Below, piece after piece: positions 49,776 through 62,018 of a stretch of DNA of 64,000 nt; the first letter of the stretch is position 1, and every line of letters starts with the position of its first letter. This DNA is from Octopus vulgaris (taxonomy: Eukaryota). Below the pieces are notes generated by a model. The model saw nothing but the letters and a program-made list of their open reading frames with translations, was not told the DNA's origin and ran no database searches. Position numbers and translations under genes: made by a program. Where the stretch lies: NCBI GenBank assembly GCA_951406725.2, contig OX597819.1:7564001-7628000 (forward strand), read 5' to 3'.

Positions 49776-50030
49776 CATCATCATCATCATCATCATCATC
49801 GTTTAGCATCCGCTTTCCATGCTAGCATGGGTTGGATGTTTCAACTGGGGTCTGTGAAGCCAGAAGGCTGCATCAGGCCCAGTCTGATCTGGCAGTGTTT
49901 CTACGGCTGGATGCCCTTCCTAACGCCAACCACTCCGTGAGTGTAGTGGGTGCTTTTTACGTGCCACCTGCACAGGTGCCAGACGGAGCTGGCAAACGGC
50001 CACGGACAGATGGTGCTTTTTACGTGCTTT
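49776..50030 (-). mobile_element. RTE LINE 3' fragment
   Basis: Shared 3' UTR and tail. Confidence 0.82.
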
Positions 50031-51146
50031 TACATGAATAAATGCCACAAAACATCTTGTTCAAATCTCTAACAATTCTGCCATCTATCACCTTCCATTG
50101 GGTATCTGACTACATTATCCAATGTGTTTTTTCCCTTATGTAAGGCAGTATTGTGTTATTTGTTGTATGTTTGGCTGTTATTTTCAACAAATGGAAGGAT
50201 TACGTAAAGGTTCTCGTCAGGTGAACTTGGATGATGGACTGATGACGACAATGATACTTCCATGTTGTTAATGTTGTGGCTTGAGTCATTGACACTCCTG
50301 TGGGATTGTAAGAGTGGACTAGCCGAACTCTTATAAAAAGGAGCATATTGGTTGAGATGGAAAGAAGTCATAGGAGCCGTTGAGAGTTTTGTATTTATTG
50401 AAGGATTGTGTTTAGTGGAGTAATTTGAAGTACATCAGGTGAAGACAGTTGTGTCTATCCTCGCTTCCTGAAATCTGTAAATCCAACGTATAGAAGGATA
50501 TAAAAGTTAGGTTCCACTATCACTATTCAACACTACCCTACTACCACAATAGTAAACTGTTACACAACCACCTTGCACAACACACTCTGATCACTTCACC
50601 ACTACCACCACACATACTGTTGCTACACATTCACCACCACCACCGCCACTCTGCTGTCACACTAACTACCACTGCCACTTTCTCCCTGTCACTCTACTAC
50701 TATCACCACTATGTAAACAAACAAGGGAGCCTGGTTCCCTGCTCATAGGAAAACAATGTAATACCTTTGGTAATAGTTCCAGTTGATGAAGGTTGACCTG
50801 GGACTTAACACCCACTTCCACACACCCCCTACACACACACACACACACACACAGGGGTGAAGTTTAAACTTAGAATCTTGTATATTTTATATCAACAGCA
50901 AGCTTACACTGCTCTTATCATTATGTAGGAATGTTGTTACACTATAAGCAACAAATGTCCTGAGTTCAAACTTAAGTTATGGAAAATATATTAAGAACAG
51001 TGGTGAATGGGACTGATGAAAATGTGAAATAAGAGAAGGAAAATCCTCAAAGAGTTGCTTTATTTAGACTGAAGCTAATGTAGACCATTAGATTTATGTT
51101 GTATGTGTCTTGTATTTACACTTGTGATTATGTGTTTCCATGACAG

Positions 51147-51382
51147 GAGCCTACAACATAACATTAGAGGCAAAGCAGATGTCTGATAAAGCTGATCAAA
51201 TTGTCCGTAGAGCCATGAATACCGTAAGAAGTTCTGAACAGAATCGTAATGCAGTTGAAAGAGAGATTGCTCATGTAGAAAATAAATTCCGGTCTCAGCT
51301 CGATGTGGAGAAACGCAAGCTGGATGATCTTGACCAAAATGTTAGTGATCTTGATGAAAAATTGATGGATGTCAATGAAAAC
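51147..51382 (+). CDS. LAMB1: Laminin beta exon 18, coiled coil (AYNITLEAK...LMDVNEN)
   Basis: tgacag/gtaagt, phase 1-0. Confidence 0.93.
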
Positions 51383-51786
51383 GTAAGTTGTTCCAAAATA
51401 TTAATTTCTATTCTCTCTTCTCCTTCTTTGCACTTTTCCTCCTCCCTCACCCATTTACCTCCTTTTTTTTTTCTATTTACCTCATTTTCATATTTTTCTT
51501 TCTCCCTTTCCATTGTCTTTCTTTTCCCCTTCTACTGTTGTCTCAGCCCTTACTGTCGTTCATCTCTTTTTTGCCTCTTTCCTTGCTTACTCCTCTTTCA
51601 TCCTTTGTTTTCGCTTTTTTGTTCCCTTTTCCTATCTTTTCACTTTTCTACCGTTTCTCACCTCCCATTTTCTTCTCTTTTATCTTCTGTTGTGTCTGTC
51701 CTTTCTCTCCACCTTTCTTCTTTCTCTCTCTCAACAGAATCTCTGAAGCCTCTGATAATTAAGCCAGAACTGGTACAGAGACAATT

Positions 51787-52290
51787 TCATCATCATCATC
51801 ATCATCATTTAGTGTCTGCTTTCCATGCTAGCATGGGTTGGACGGTTCAACTGGGATCTGTGAAGCCAGAAGGCTGCATCAGGCCCAGTCTGATCTGGCA
51901 GTGTTTCTACAGCTGGATGCCCTTCCTAACGCCAACCACTCCGTGAGTGTAGTGGGTGCTTTTTATGTGCCACCGACACAGGTGCCAGACGAGGCTGGCG
52001 AACGGCCACGCTCGGATGGTGTTTTTTATGTGCCACCGACACAGGTGCCAGACGAGGCTGGCGAACGGCCACGCTCGGATGGTGTTTTTTATGTGCCACC
52101 GACACAGGTGCCAGACGAGGCTGGCAAACGGCCACGCTCGGATGGTGTTTGTTACATGCCCACAGCACGGAGGCCAGCCGATGCGGTACTGGCTACGGCC
52201 ACGTTCGGATGGTTTTCTTATGTGCCACCGGCACTGGTACCACAAAAATACAAATTCCATTGATGTTCATCGATTTTGATTTGATTTGAT
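51787..52290 (-). mobile_element. RTE LINE 3' fragment with 63-bp tandem units
   Basis: Units start at 51955, 52018, 52081, 52144. Confidence 0.84.
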
Positions 52291-52755
52291 TTTGTCAAAA
52301 GATAATGCTTAAAATGAATATACTCTTTCTAAGATTCTATACATCTCTGCCTCTGCAGTGTTTTACGGTCATATTACACTGCATGAATCACTGAGGCTTG
52401 ACTCTTTTCATACCAAACTGCTTGAGACTACCTTTGGTTTTATGATTAAAACTCCTTGTTTTGAAATTATCTAAATTAAAACTTTGCATCAAAATTTCTT
52501 GTTAGTTTATTTTCTGAACTTGAGAAATGATAATCCTTTCTAGTTTTGGCTCAAGGCCAGCAATTTTGAGTGAAGAAAGAAATCAATTACATCAATTCTT
52601 GTGCTCAACTGGTACTTGTTTTATTTATTTTATTGAACCTGAATGGATGAAACATAAAGTGGACTTTGGCAGCATTTGAGCTCAGAAAAAGTGCCAGAAG
52701 CAATGCCGCTAATCATTTTGCCTGGCTTGGTCATGATTCCACAAGCTTGCTACTT

Positions 52756-52983
52756 TTAACCCATTAGCATTTAAACTGGCCATACCTAGCCAAAATATTC
52801 CACTTGCTTTATGGTCAAAATGGCCTGATCTGGTTTCTCACACCTACCCTACAATGTCATTTGAAGCATAAACAATCACACCATCAAAATCTCAAGGCTG
52901 CAAGAAAATGCATAATTAATTCAAAACAATGTGAATTAAAAAGCATTATATTTGACAGAGTAATCCGAACACTAAAGGGTTAA
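52756..52983 (-). mobile_element. MITE family G
   Basis: TTAA both sides, family match. Confidence 0.8.
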
Positions 52984-53008
52984 GTTTGAGAATGATGATA
53001 AAGTTATT

Positions 53009-53237
53009 TTAACCCTTTCATTACCAACCCGGCTGAAACCGGCTGTGGCTCTGTAGTACAAATGTCTTGTTTTCATAAGTTTTGAATTAAAATCTTTCAC
53101 CAAACCTTAGTCACAATTTATGTTCCTAACACTAGCTTAATGATGGCTAAGTTATTTTACTAAATTCTTTGTTATATCTAAAGTAATTGAAAGAAACACA
53201 GAGCATCTCAAAATAAATACAGTAACAAAAGGGTTAA
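53009..53237 (+). mobile_element. piggyBac-type MITE, family F
   Basis: TTAA TSD and TIRs. Confidence 0.86.
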
Positions 53238-53571
53238 TAATTCTTCATTAATTTCAAAATTAATTGAAACACATGAAGTGTATTTCAATGAAGAGATGTT
53301 AAAAAAAAAGACTTACTATAGAAACAGAGATTCCCTCACCAAACTTTAGGTTTAGTGAAGCAGCTTTAAATGGAACTAATTGTTTCTTTGTTTTGTTGAA
53401 AATATGTCGTACTACAACAGAGACTCTACCTGTGTATGCCTCTATGTGATCAGATTTAATTTCTAGTCAGGCACTCTCTTCCTGATGTATATTACTCTCA
53501 ATTTGATGTGTGTATCCTTACTTGGATGCATGCATATCCTTCTTTAGATACAAGCATTTCTTCACTCAAAT

Positions 53572-53733
53572 GGCGCAGGAGTGGCTGTGTGGTAAGTAGC
53601 TTGTTTACCAACCACATGGTTCCGGGTTCAGTTCCACTGCGTGGCACCTTGGGCAAGTGTCTTCTGCTATAGCCCCGGGCCGACCAATGCCTTGTGAGTG
53701 GATTTGGTAGACGGAAACTGAAAGAAGCCTGTC

Positions 53734-53774
<41 letters not shown>

Positions 53775-53984
53775 TTTGTGTGTCTGTGTTTGTCCCCCTA
53801 GCATTGCTTGACAACCGATGCTGGTGTGTTTATGTCCCCGTCACTTAGCGGTTCGGCAAAAGAGACCGATAGAATAAGTACTGGGCTTACAAAAGAATAA
53901 GTCCCGGGGTCGAGTTGCTCGATTAAAGGTGGTGCTCCAGCATGGCCGCAGTCAAATGACTGAAACAAGTAAAAGAGTAAAGAG
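53572..53984 (+). mobile_element. SINE family A
   Basis: Full-length match. Confidence 0.9.
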
Positions 53985-55269
53985 TATACATATTACCCAT
54001 ACACATATGCACTTACACCTGTACTTCTGAACACTACTACATGTACAACAATAGAACACTTGCTTAGTATTTATGCATATACTCACTGTCAAGTGATGAC
54101 AGCTGCTCAAGCAGTTTTTTATTTGCCTACCCATATGATTTCTGGCTCTTTCTATTTGTGCTTTGTTTCTATATTTAAATAATATTTGGGTATCAATGCA
54201 TACATATATCTATGTGACTACATTAGAGAAACAGCTAAACTTTGTGTTTGTGTGACCATGGTTTATTTCTGTTTTGCATGCATTTTCTATATTAAGTAAT
54301 AAAGGTACATATTTTTTCATCTGTTGATACATTTTAAAACTGGGTGCCCTTCCTAACACTAAGCTTCGAATAATACCAAGGAATAAAACTGGTTAGATGT
54401 TAATAGTGCGGAAATCTATTGGGTTGTACCTGTTCTTGGTTTGCAGACTTAATTTATCACCTGGTTTAATCTTACCATTTGACTACTGGGTGCTTTTATC
54501 AGAGTTCCCCTCTGTGTTAAGCATTTGAGTCGGGTTTGTGGTTTGCGGCCAACACAACCTTTTAGATGAGCAACTTACTACCACTTCAGTTATCTTTGAA
54601 TAATGGTTCCTTCCATTCTGGCTTTACTTCATGAATCTTAAAGCATTTGTAAAATGGTCCATTCTTCCTCAGTATAGGATGTTGTTGAATTTGTTTTTGT
54701 CACACTGGAGCTGACGGTTAGTGACATCCCTCAAAGACACAACATAATGATTCTTGTGATCAACTTTTATCCACTTCTCCCTTTCCCTCAGTTTGTGACT
54801 GGTTCTCCAGCAAGTATAGGCTTTTAAGAAACCCACCTGTAGTCATTGGTATTTAGCTAAGCCATATTCAAAAATTGAGTAGTGATTAGCAAAGAGCACT
54901 GGAATCATAATCCCCACCTCCCACAGTCAAATCATTGAATTCTTGACACTGCCAAAATACTGTTCAATCATCTGTACAATTTTCCTTCTTCATTTCTTTT
55001 TCTAACACTTCAACACCCTGGACTCTCCACATCAGCTACAGGGATATAAGCCATACATCTCTGTTCTCCAACACGCAAGTCTCTTATTCCCTTATCTATA
55101 GCCTATCTATGAGTATCCATGCTATTCTACTCAGAATTAACTGTAGAGGGTGGTGTCTGCCCATATGTCTGTCCAGAGGATTATTTACTCTTCCCATTAC
55201 TTTTCCCTCTGTAAGTAAGAAACTGATGTGTCATGTGACTGTATGATTTGAAGTCTCTGACTTTAATGT

Positions 55270-55498
55270 TTAACCCTTTAGTGTTCGCATTATTCTGCCA
55301 AAGTTAATCCTTTTTAATCCAGATTGTTTTGAACTAATCATGCATTATCTTGTAGCTTTGAGATTTTGATGTGGTAGCTGTTAATTTTTAAAACGATATT
55401 GTAGGATTGGTGTGAGAGACCAGATCTGGCCAGTTTGAACATAAAACAGGCAGAATACTTTTGGCCGGATATGGCCGGTTTAAATGCTAAAGGGTTAA
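55270..55498 (+). mobile_element. MITE family G
   Basis: TTAA TSD and TIRs. Confidence 0.85.
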
Positions 55499-55789
55499 AC
55501 CATTACAAGGCAGTGAGCTGGCAGAATGGTTAACATGCCAGGCAAAATGTTTAGTGGCATTTTGTCCATGTTTACACTCTGAGTTCAAATTCCATTGAGA
55601 TTGACTTTGCCTTTCATCCTTTTGGGGTTAGTAAAATAAATATCATTTAAACACTGGGGTTGATGTAATTGATTTGAAATTTGCATATAAACCTTTACTT
55701 CAGGCAAGGAAATGGTAATTTCTTAACAGGTTTTTAAAAATTTCAAAGCCTAATACTTAAAATTCATGTCACCAATTCATTTTTTGAAG

Positions 55790-55969
55790 GTCTGTGGCAA
55801 AAGAGGAGACCCTTGTGATGCTCTGTGTGGCGGTGGTGGTTGTGAAAAATGTGGAGGTTTTGGTTGTAATGGGGCTACAACAAAGGCAGAGAATGCATTG
55901 GAACTTGCTGAAAAGGCTCAAAAGAATCTACAAGAGAGAAGTTCAAAGATACCAAATATCGTTAATAAG
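55790..55969 (+). CDS. LAMB1: Laminin beta exon 19, L-beta knob (VCGKRGDPCDALCGGGGCEKCGGFGCNGA...)
   Basis: ttgaag/gtgagt, 180 nt, phase 0-0, six-Cys knob. Confidence 0.95.
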
Positions 55970-56334
55970 GTGAGTAATAATTTGATGTTATTTTGTTCTC
56001 AGTCATTACCTTCATCATCAGCTTCATAAAGGCATGGCTGTTTGCTGAAGAAATTTGCTTCCCAACCAAGTGGTTTCAGGTTCAGTCCTACTGTGGTACC
56101 TTTGGCAAGCGTCTTCTATTATAGTCCTCAGCTAGCTACAGAGTTGTGAGTGGGTTTGTTAGATGAAAACTGAAAGAAGCCCATCACATACATATGTGTG
56201 ACACTATATATATATATATATATCACCGCGACCGACCAGGCTATCAGATGTTGCTACACATCGCTGGTCACAATGCGCTTCGCATTGTTTTAGCCGTTAA
56301 ATGACACCACCCCGCTGGCTAAGCGAGCAGGCCA

Positions 56335-56367
<33 letters not shown>

Positions 56368-56371
56368 TATA

Positions 56372-56600
56372 AAGGCGAGCTGGTAGAAACGTTAGCACGC
56401 CGGGCGAAATTTGTAGCCGTATTTCGTCTGTCATTATGTTCCGAGTTCAAATTCCGCTGAGGTCGACTTTGCCTTTCATCCTTTTGGGGTCGATAAATTA
56501 AGTACCAGTTACGCACTAGGATCGATGTAGTCGACTTAATCCCTTTGTCTGTCTTTGTTTCTCCCCTCTGTGTTTAGCCCCTTGTGGATAGTAAAGAAAA
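56372..56600 (+). mobile_element. SINE family C in (TA)n, next to a B1 tail fragment (56223-56335) and an old SINE-A head
   Basis: Family matches. Confidence 0.85.
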
Positions 56601-56605
56601 AAAAA

Positions 56606-56647
<42 letters not shown>

Positions 56648-57528
56648 TGTATATGTATGTGTGTGTGTGTGTATGCGTGAGTGTGTAGGTTTTCCCCTTG
56701 TCTTGATTTGTGCTCATTGGCATTCATACAAATTGTATCGTTTATTATCTTCCATTAAACCATATCCAGGCTGTTTGTTAGATAAAGGGAAACGTTGCCT
56801 TGCTTAGACACAGATATGGTTTGGTGACTGGAAGAGCATCAGCTCTAGAAAAGTTTGCTTTAATCATGTTACTTTGTGACACCTGCTAGTGTGTGTGCAT
56901 GTACATGCACACGTGATGGGCTTCCACACAGTTTCCATCTGCTAAATGCACTCATGAAGCTTTGGCTGGCTTATGGCTATACAGCTGTATAACAAAAGTA
57001 TTTAAATTGTGGTTAACTCTTCCTGTATTGTACAAATTACACTTTGGATGTCATACACCCTGTATTTTGGATTGTCCAGCCATTTTCTTCACACACTTTT
57101 GCTGGGTGGGTTTTCATGATAATGTCTGCAGGCCCTTCCTCCACAGGGTCCAATCAGAAGCAACCATCATTACACTTTCCAGCTGGATTCCCTAGTGGGA
57201 CCAACTGAGATTATGGATATCACCCGATCATCTCATCCTTGGTCTACCCCTAGGTCTCACGCTGGCTGGATTGGCTTGAAGTATCCATCTTGTGATTCAT
57301 TCCTGTGGCATTCTAATCATATGTTCGCGTACTGTAGGACTAGAATTGTGACCTCTCAATGGGAGGAAGTAGTCACTCGACTCATAGGGATACCCTGATC
57401 TCTGAGTTATGCACCCTATTAAGTAATTTTTCTCCAGAGATCCTTTAGAGGAGGGACCCCAATTCAGCTGGTTATATTTGCAATCATATTCTTTTGGTCA
57501 TTACTCAACATTCACGATTGCAGCTTAA

Positions 57529-58217
57529 CCCTTTCGTTACTATATTTCTGACCAAAATACACCCCTTATGTGTTTCAATTAATTTCTAACATTCAGCGTA
57601 ACGGTTCGTTTCCGCCGTAATGATTTCAAATAGGCTCATTCGAAAAAGTTAAAAGAAATAGTCTAAGGCTTTACTCTCCTGGGAAAGTCTGTGGCTTGGT
57701 CCAGTTTCTTCAGAAAAATCACCGAAAGAAACAGTTTTTAAATTTTCACTCCATTCAGGTGCCAATTCATTTTCTTTATCGCTGTCGGAGCTCTCGGATT
57801 CACTGTTTTCACTTTCAGAAAATGAAACATCAGATTCATTATCAAATACCACATGCTTTTTTTTTTCAGTCATAGAGTTAGATTTATGAAGGTCTTCAGT
57901 AGAAAATCCTTCGAATTCTGACTCGCTGCTTGATATAATGAAATTCGTATCCATTTTTTGTCAGAATTACAAATTTTGAAAACACAATAGGAACAAATTT
58001 CGGAAAAAAATCTCCCAAAATTCACGGAATTAAAATTACACTTCGATTTTTGTAAAAAACTGTAGATGGACTGTTTACGAAATATAATCACTTGTTTTCA
58101 CAAATGTACTAAATAGATTTGCTCTGATATTCTCATTTAAATATGAATAAGGGCGGGTTTGGGCGGTTTGGTCACATTAACCAAAATTTTTTTTGGGCGG
58201 CTTTGGTAACGAAAGGG
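57529..58217 (-). mobile_element. Internally deleted piggyBac transposon with transposase N-terminal pseudogene
   Basis: TTAA at 57525-57528 and 58218-58221, 12-bp TIR; acidic N-terminus then EETGPSHRL...DYFF*LFRMSLFEIITAETNRYAE. Confidence 0.85.
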
Positions 58218-58582
58218 TTAAGAGATGCCTGGAAACAGAATAGAAGATTGTGAGTTTGGCTTTTTTTTTTTTTTTTACCAACCTCTCCTCTTCTGAGGAT
58301 TGAATACTGGAGCTTGCACGTTACTGTCAGCACAAGCCATTCTGTGACTAATACCATCCAGAAATTAGAATTTTGAATGGTATCAATTGTATTTACCTCA
58401 CTCTATCTGTTACCTTATAATTTTTTGGCTGTGTGGTAAGAAGTTTGCTTCTCAACCACATGGTTCCAGGTTCAGTCTCACTGCGTGGCATCTTGGGCAA
58501 ATGTCTTCTACTATAGCTTTGGGCCAACCAATACCTTGTAAGTGGATTTGGTCGATGGAAACTGAAAGAATCCTGTTGTATT

Positions 58583-58617
<35 letters not shown>

Positions 58618-58674
58618 TTGTCCTCTACCACTGCTGGACAACTGGTATTAGTGGGTTTATGTCCTCATACTTTG

Positions 58675-59066
58675 TGGAGGCGCAATGGCCCAGTGGTTAG
58701 GGCAGCGGACTCGCGGTCATAGGATCGCGGTTTCGATTCCCAGACCGGGCGTTGTGAGTGTTTATTGAGCGAAAACACTTAAAAAAAGCTCCACGAGGCT
58801 CCGGCAGGGGATGGTGGTGATCCCTGCTGTACTCTTTCACCACAACTTTCTCTCACTCTTACTTCCTGTTTCTGTTGTACCTGTATTTCAAAGGGCCGGC
58901 CTTGTCACTCTCTGTGTCACGCTGAATATCCCTGAGAACTACGTTAAGGGTACACGTGTCTGTGGAGTGCTCAGCCACTTACACGTTAATTTCACGAGCA
59001 GGCTGTTCCGTTGATTCGGATCAACCGGAACCCTCGTCGTCGTAACCGACGGAGTGCTTCCATTCC
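58675..59066 (+). mobile_element. SINE family B2 nested in an old SINE-A (~58425-59220)
   Basis: 11-bp TSD atgtcctcata at 58659-58669 and 59067-59077; tRNA-Arg(TCG)-like head. Confidence 0.88.
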
Positions 59067-59311
59067 ATGTCCTCATAACACAGCAGTTCAGCAAAAGAGA
59101 CTGATAGAATAAGTAACAGGGTTTTAAAAAATAAATACTGGGTTCAATTCGTTTGACCAAACTTCTTTAAAGTGGAGCCCCAACATGACCTCATTCTAAT
59201 GACTGAAACAAGTAAAAGATTAATGATTTGAATGAAACTAGTTACTTTGTATTGTATTTCACTTTTTAAAGATTTCTTTGATTTAATGTAAATGCTTTGT
59301 TCTATTTTTAG

Positions 59312-59488
59312 CTGAATAATATTAAAGACAAGACAATGGATGTGAAGAAAGATGTTGAAGTTCTTTATAATGCTTCGGTAAATGCTATGAATGAGTCCTC
59401 AAATGCTCGTGATGACCTTGAAAAAATGCTGACGGACATAAGTGATTTGTTGAACTCTGACAAAGCAAAACTTGATGAAGTCAAGAAG
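59312..59488 (+). CDS. LAMB1: Laminin beta exon 20, coiled coil (LNNIKDKTMDV...LDEVKK)
   Basis: ttttag/gtaatt, 177 nt, phase 0-0. Confidence 0.92.
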
Positions 59489-59645
59489 GTAATTTATTTA
59501 TTGATTTTGGATATAAAAGATGTGATATGGGGCAAAAACATTGATTTAGGAGGAAGAAACTCATGTCATTATAACCAACATTATGTAATACTATAGTAAT
59601 TCTGTAGAGATAGTGGTATACATGCAAGTGGTATACATACAAAAA

Positions 59646-59880
59646 AGGCGGCGAGCTGGCAGAATCGTTAGCACGTCGGGCGAAATGCTTAGCGGTATTT
59701 CGTCTGCGTAACGTTGTGAGTTCAAATTCCGCCGAGGTCGACTTTGCCTTTCATCCTTTCGGGGTCGATAAATTAAGTACCAGTTACGCACTGGGGTCGC
59801 TGTAATCGACTTAATACCTATGTCTGTCCTTGTTTGTCCCCTCTATGTTTAGCCCCTTGTGGGCAATAAAGAAGTAGGTA
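59646..59880 (+). mobile_element. SINE family C
   Basis: Full-length match. Confidence 0.88.
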
Positions 59881-60487
59881 ACAACAGCTTGTTGTTGCTT
59901 CTCTTGGGTGTATTTGTTTTTATGTTAGTTTGAAAGGATAAGGGGTGACAAGTGGCAGAACTGGTGTCATAAGTGATTGAAGTGTAATTTCAGTATTTTG
60001 TTACATTCCTTTATATTCTGGGTTTGAATTCTACTGTGGTTGGTTTTAATGTTCCTATTTCATCCTTCAAGGATTGTTAATCGATAAAATAAGTGTTAAC
60101 CATATGTAGGGCTCAGTTTTATCAACTGATGTACCACTCTGATTTGTGGAGTCTTGTATAAAAATTTTTAAAAAAATTAATTTACAGATTCTTGTAATCC
60201 CACATCAATCATTTGATCTTAAAGAGACAACTTCTTTAGAGAGTGGAGAACCTATCAAGCAGACAAGAGAGCTTCTATATGGTTGCACGACTAGCCAGAA
60301 ATAACAGCCAAATGTTTCTCATCTCCCTTGGATCTCATCTTAACCATCTTAAGAAGATGGGAAGGATCCATTGAATGATTTCAGTAATGATATTGAAACT
60401 ATCACTTTCTGTTTCACAATAAAGTTGTTCAAAATAAATTCAATCTTTTTTACTCATCTACACAAAAGGATTGGAATTTATATCCTA

Positions 60488-60858
60488 CTAGCAGTATCGA
60501 TCGGGTTTGTAAGGGAAATAACTATATAAGCATTTTTAGAGATGTAAAGTATAATAGCCATCTCAATATGGCTAACCACAAAGGAGGGGGTATTACTGTA
60601 GCGTTTTACGTTCTGAGATTTAATAATGAATTTTTAGAGAGTTACTTCCCTTATATATGCCAAAAATGCATTAAAAATGGGAAAAATTGATGGTAAATTT
60701 TTTTTAAAATCGTAGACTCATCGTAGACGCACACTAATACCCAGAAGGGCTCGATATGAATCACGACTATAAGATACTGCACCGCAAAATGTGGGAGTTG
60801 TTAGGAATCTAAATCGTAGGAGACAGACAGCACACAACCTCACTTTTATATATAAAGA
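60488..60858 (-). mobile_element. Helitron with deleted 3' hairpin
   Basis: Family match, TC and CTAG ends. Confidence 0.85.
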
Positions 60859-61402
60859 TTACTACAATTGGTAATATTTTTTATTACTCAGGTGCTATGA
60901 TTACCTACTAGTCTTAATTTTTTTTTTTAGAAAAGAAATTATTAAAAAATCTTAATTATTTGTGATGGAAACAGTATTAATACCAAAGATTGCTTTTTTG
61001 TATTAATACAGCTTCCAACACAAATAATTACTTTTGATAAACTTGTTTGCTATTTGCAATATCAGTGTTGAAAAAGAGGCTGGTATTCTATATATTGTGG
61101 CAGTGAGATTTGGCTGGTGTGCTGTCACTGGACGCTTTCCACAGATAAGGTCCAGTTGATCGAAATTATGTGATATGGGAGTTCCAGCTCCCATAACAGA
61201 TGATTCTCGTCTGCTCTGATTAATGTCTGTTTTTTTATGCACCATTCACTTATGTGAGAGGATCTCACAAGGCTAACAACACAGTAATTGGATCCACGTT
61301 GTTGGATAGAAAAATTACCTTTAAAAATAGTTTTGTCTTCATCAGTTTCCTTTTCTTTTAATTTAAATCTTTTAAAACTTTAAATTTTGATATAAATTTC
61401 AG

Positions 61403-61578
61403 TTGGCAGAAGATACATTAAATATGAAAATCTCTTTGAAACCTGAGGAAATTCGAAAACTGTCTACAAAAATTAACAAGACAGTAAATGGACTGAAAAA
61501 TATTGACGATATCCTGAACGCTACAGAGAAAAATCTAGCTATAACAAAGGATCTGAAAGATAAGGCTGATGCAGCATC
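61403..61578 (+). CDS. LAMB1: Laminin beta exon 21, coiled coil (LAEDTLNMKISLKPEEI...LKNIDDILNAT...)
   Basis: tttcag/gtgagt, phase 0-2. Confidence 0.92.
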
Positions 61579-61620
61579 GTGAGTTGTAACTTTTTTTAAT
61601 GTATTTACTTTTTTTTATTA

Positions 61621-61780
61621 GGCTGTGTGGTAAGTAGCTTGCTTACCAACCACATGGTTCCAGGTTCAGTCTCACTGCGTGGCACCTTGGGCAAGTGTCT
61701 TCTACTATAGCCTCGGGCCGACCAAAGCCTTGTGAGTGGATTTGGTAGATGGAAACTGAAAGAAGCCCGTCGTATATATG

Positions 61781-61811
<31 letters not shown>

Positions 61812-62018
61812 TTGTCCCCCTAGCATTGCTTGACAATCGATGCTGGTGTGTTTATGTCCCCGTTACTTAGCGGTTTGGCAAAAAGATACCGATAGAATAA
61901 GTACTGGACTTACAAAAGAATAAGTCCCAGGGTCGAGTTGCTCGATTAAAGGCGGTGCTCCAGCATGGCCGCAGTCATAATGACTGAAACAAGTAAAAGA
62001 GTAAAAGAAAAGAGTAAA
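61621..62018 (+). mobile_element. SINE family A
   Basis: Match; about 40 nt after exon 21 donor. Confidence 0.9.

Larger units (their letters stand above)
5945..61578 (+). other. LAMB1: Laminin beta chain gene, partial (21 internal exons; both ends outside window)
   Basis: Exons join in frame via GT-AG introns: LE repeats, L4/LF domain, LE repeats, coiled coil, L-beta knob (CDALCGGGGCEKCGG), coiled coil. The knob is diagnostic of beta chains. Confidence 0.95.

Noticed and set aside
51383-51946. C-terminal part of the 268-aa ORF
   Set aside because: Read-through past the exon 18 donor into CT-rich low-complexity DNA and a LINE tail.
54340-55250. Possible L1/Tx1-type zinc-finger remnant on minus strand (FWQC)
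   Set aside because: Too degenerate to call without a profile search.
58676-58752. tRNA-Arg(TCG)-like sequence
   Set aside because: SINE head: no proper acceptor stem, continues into SINE body with TSD.
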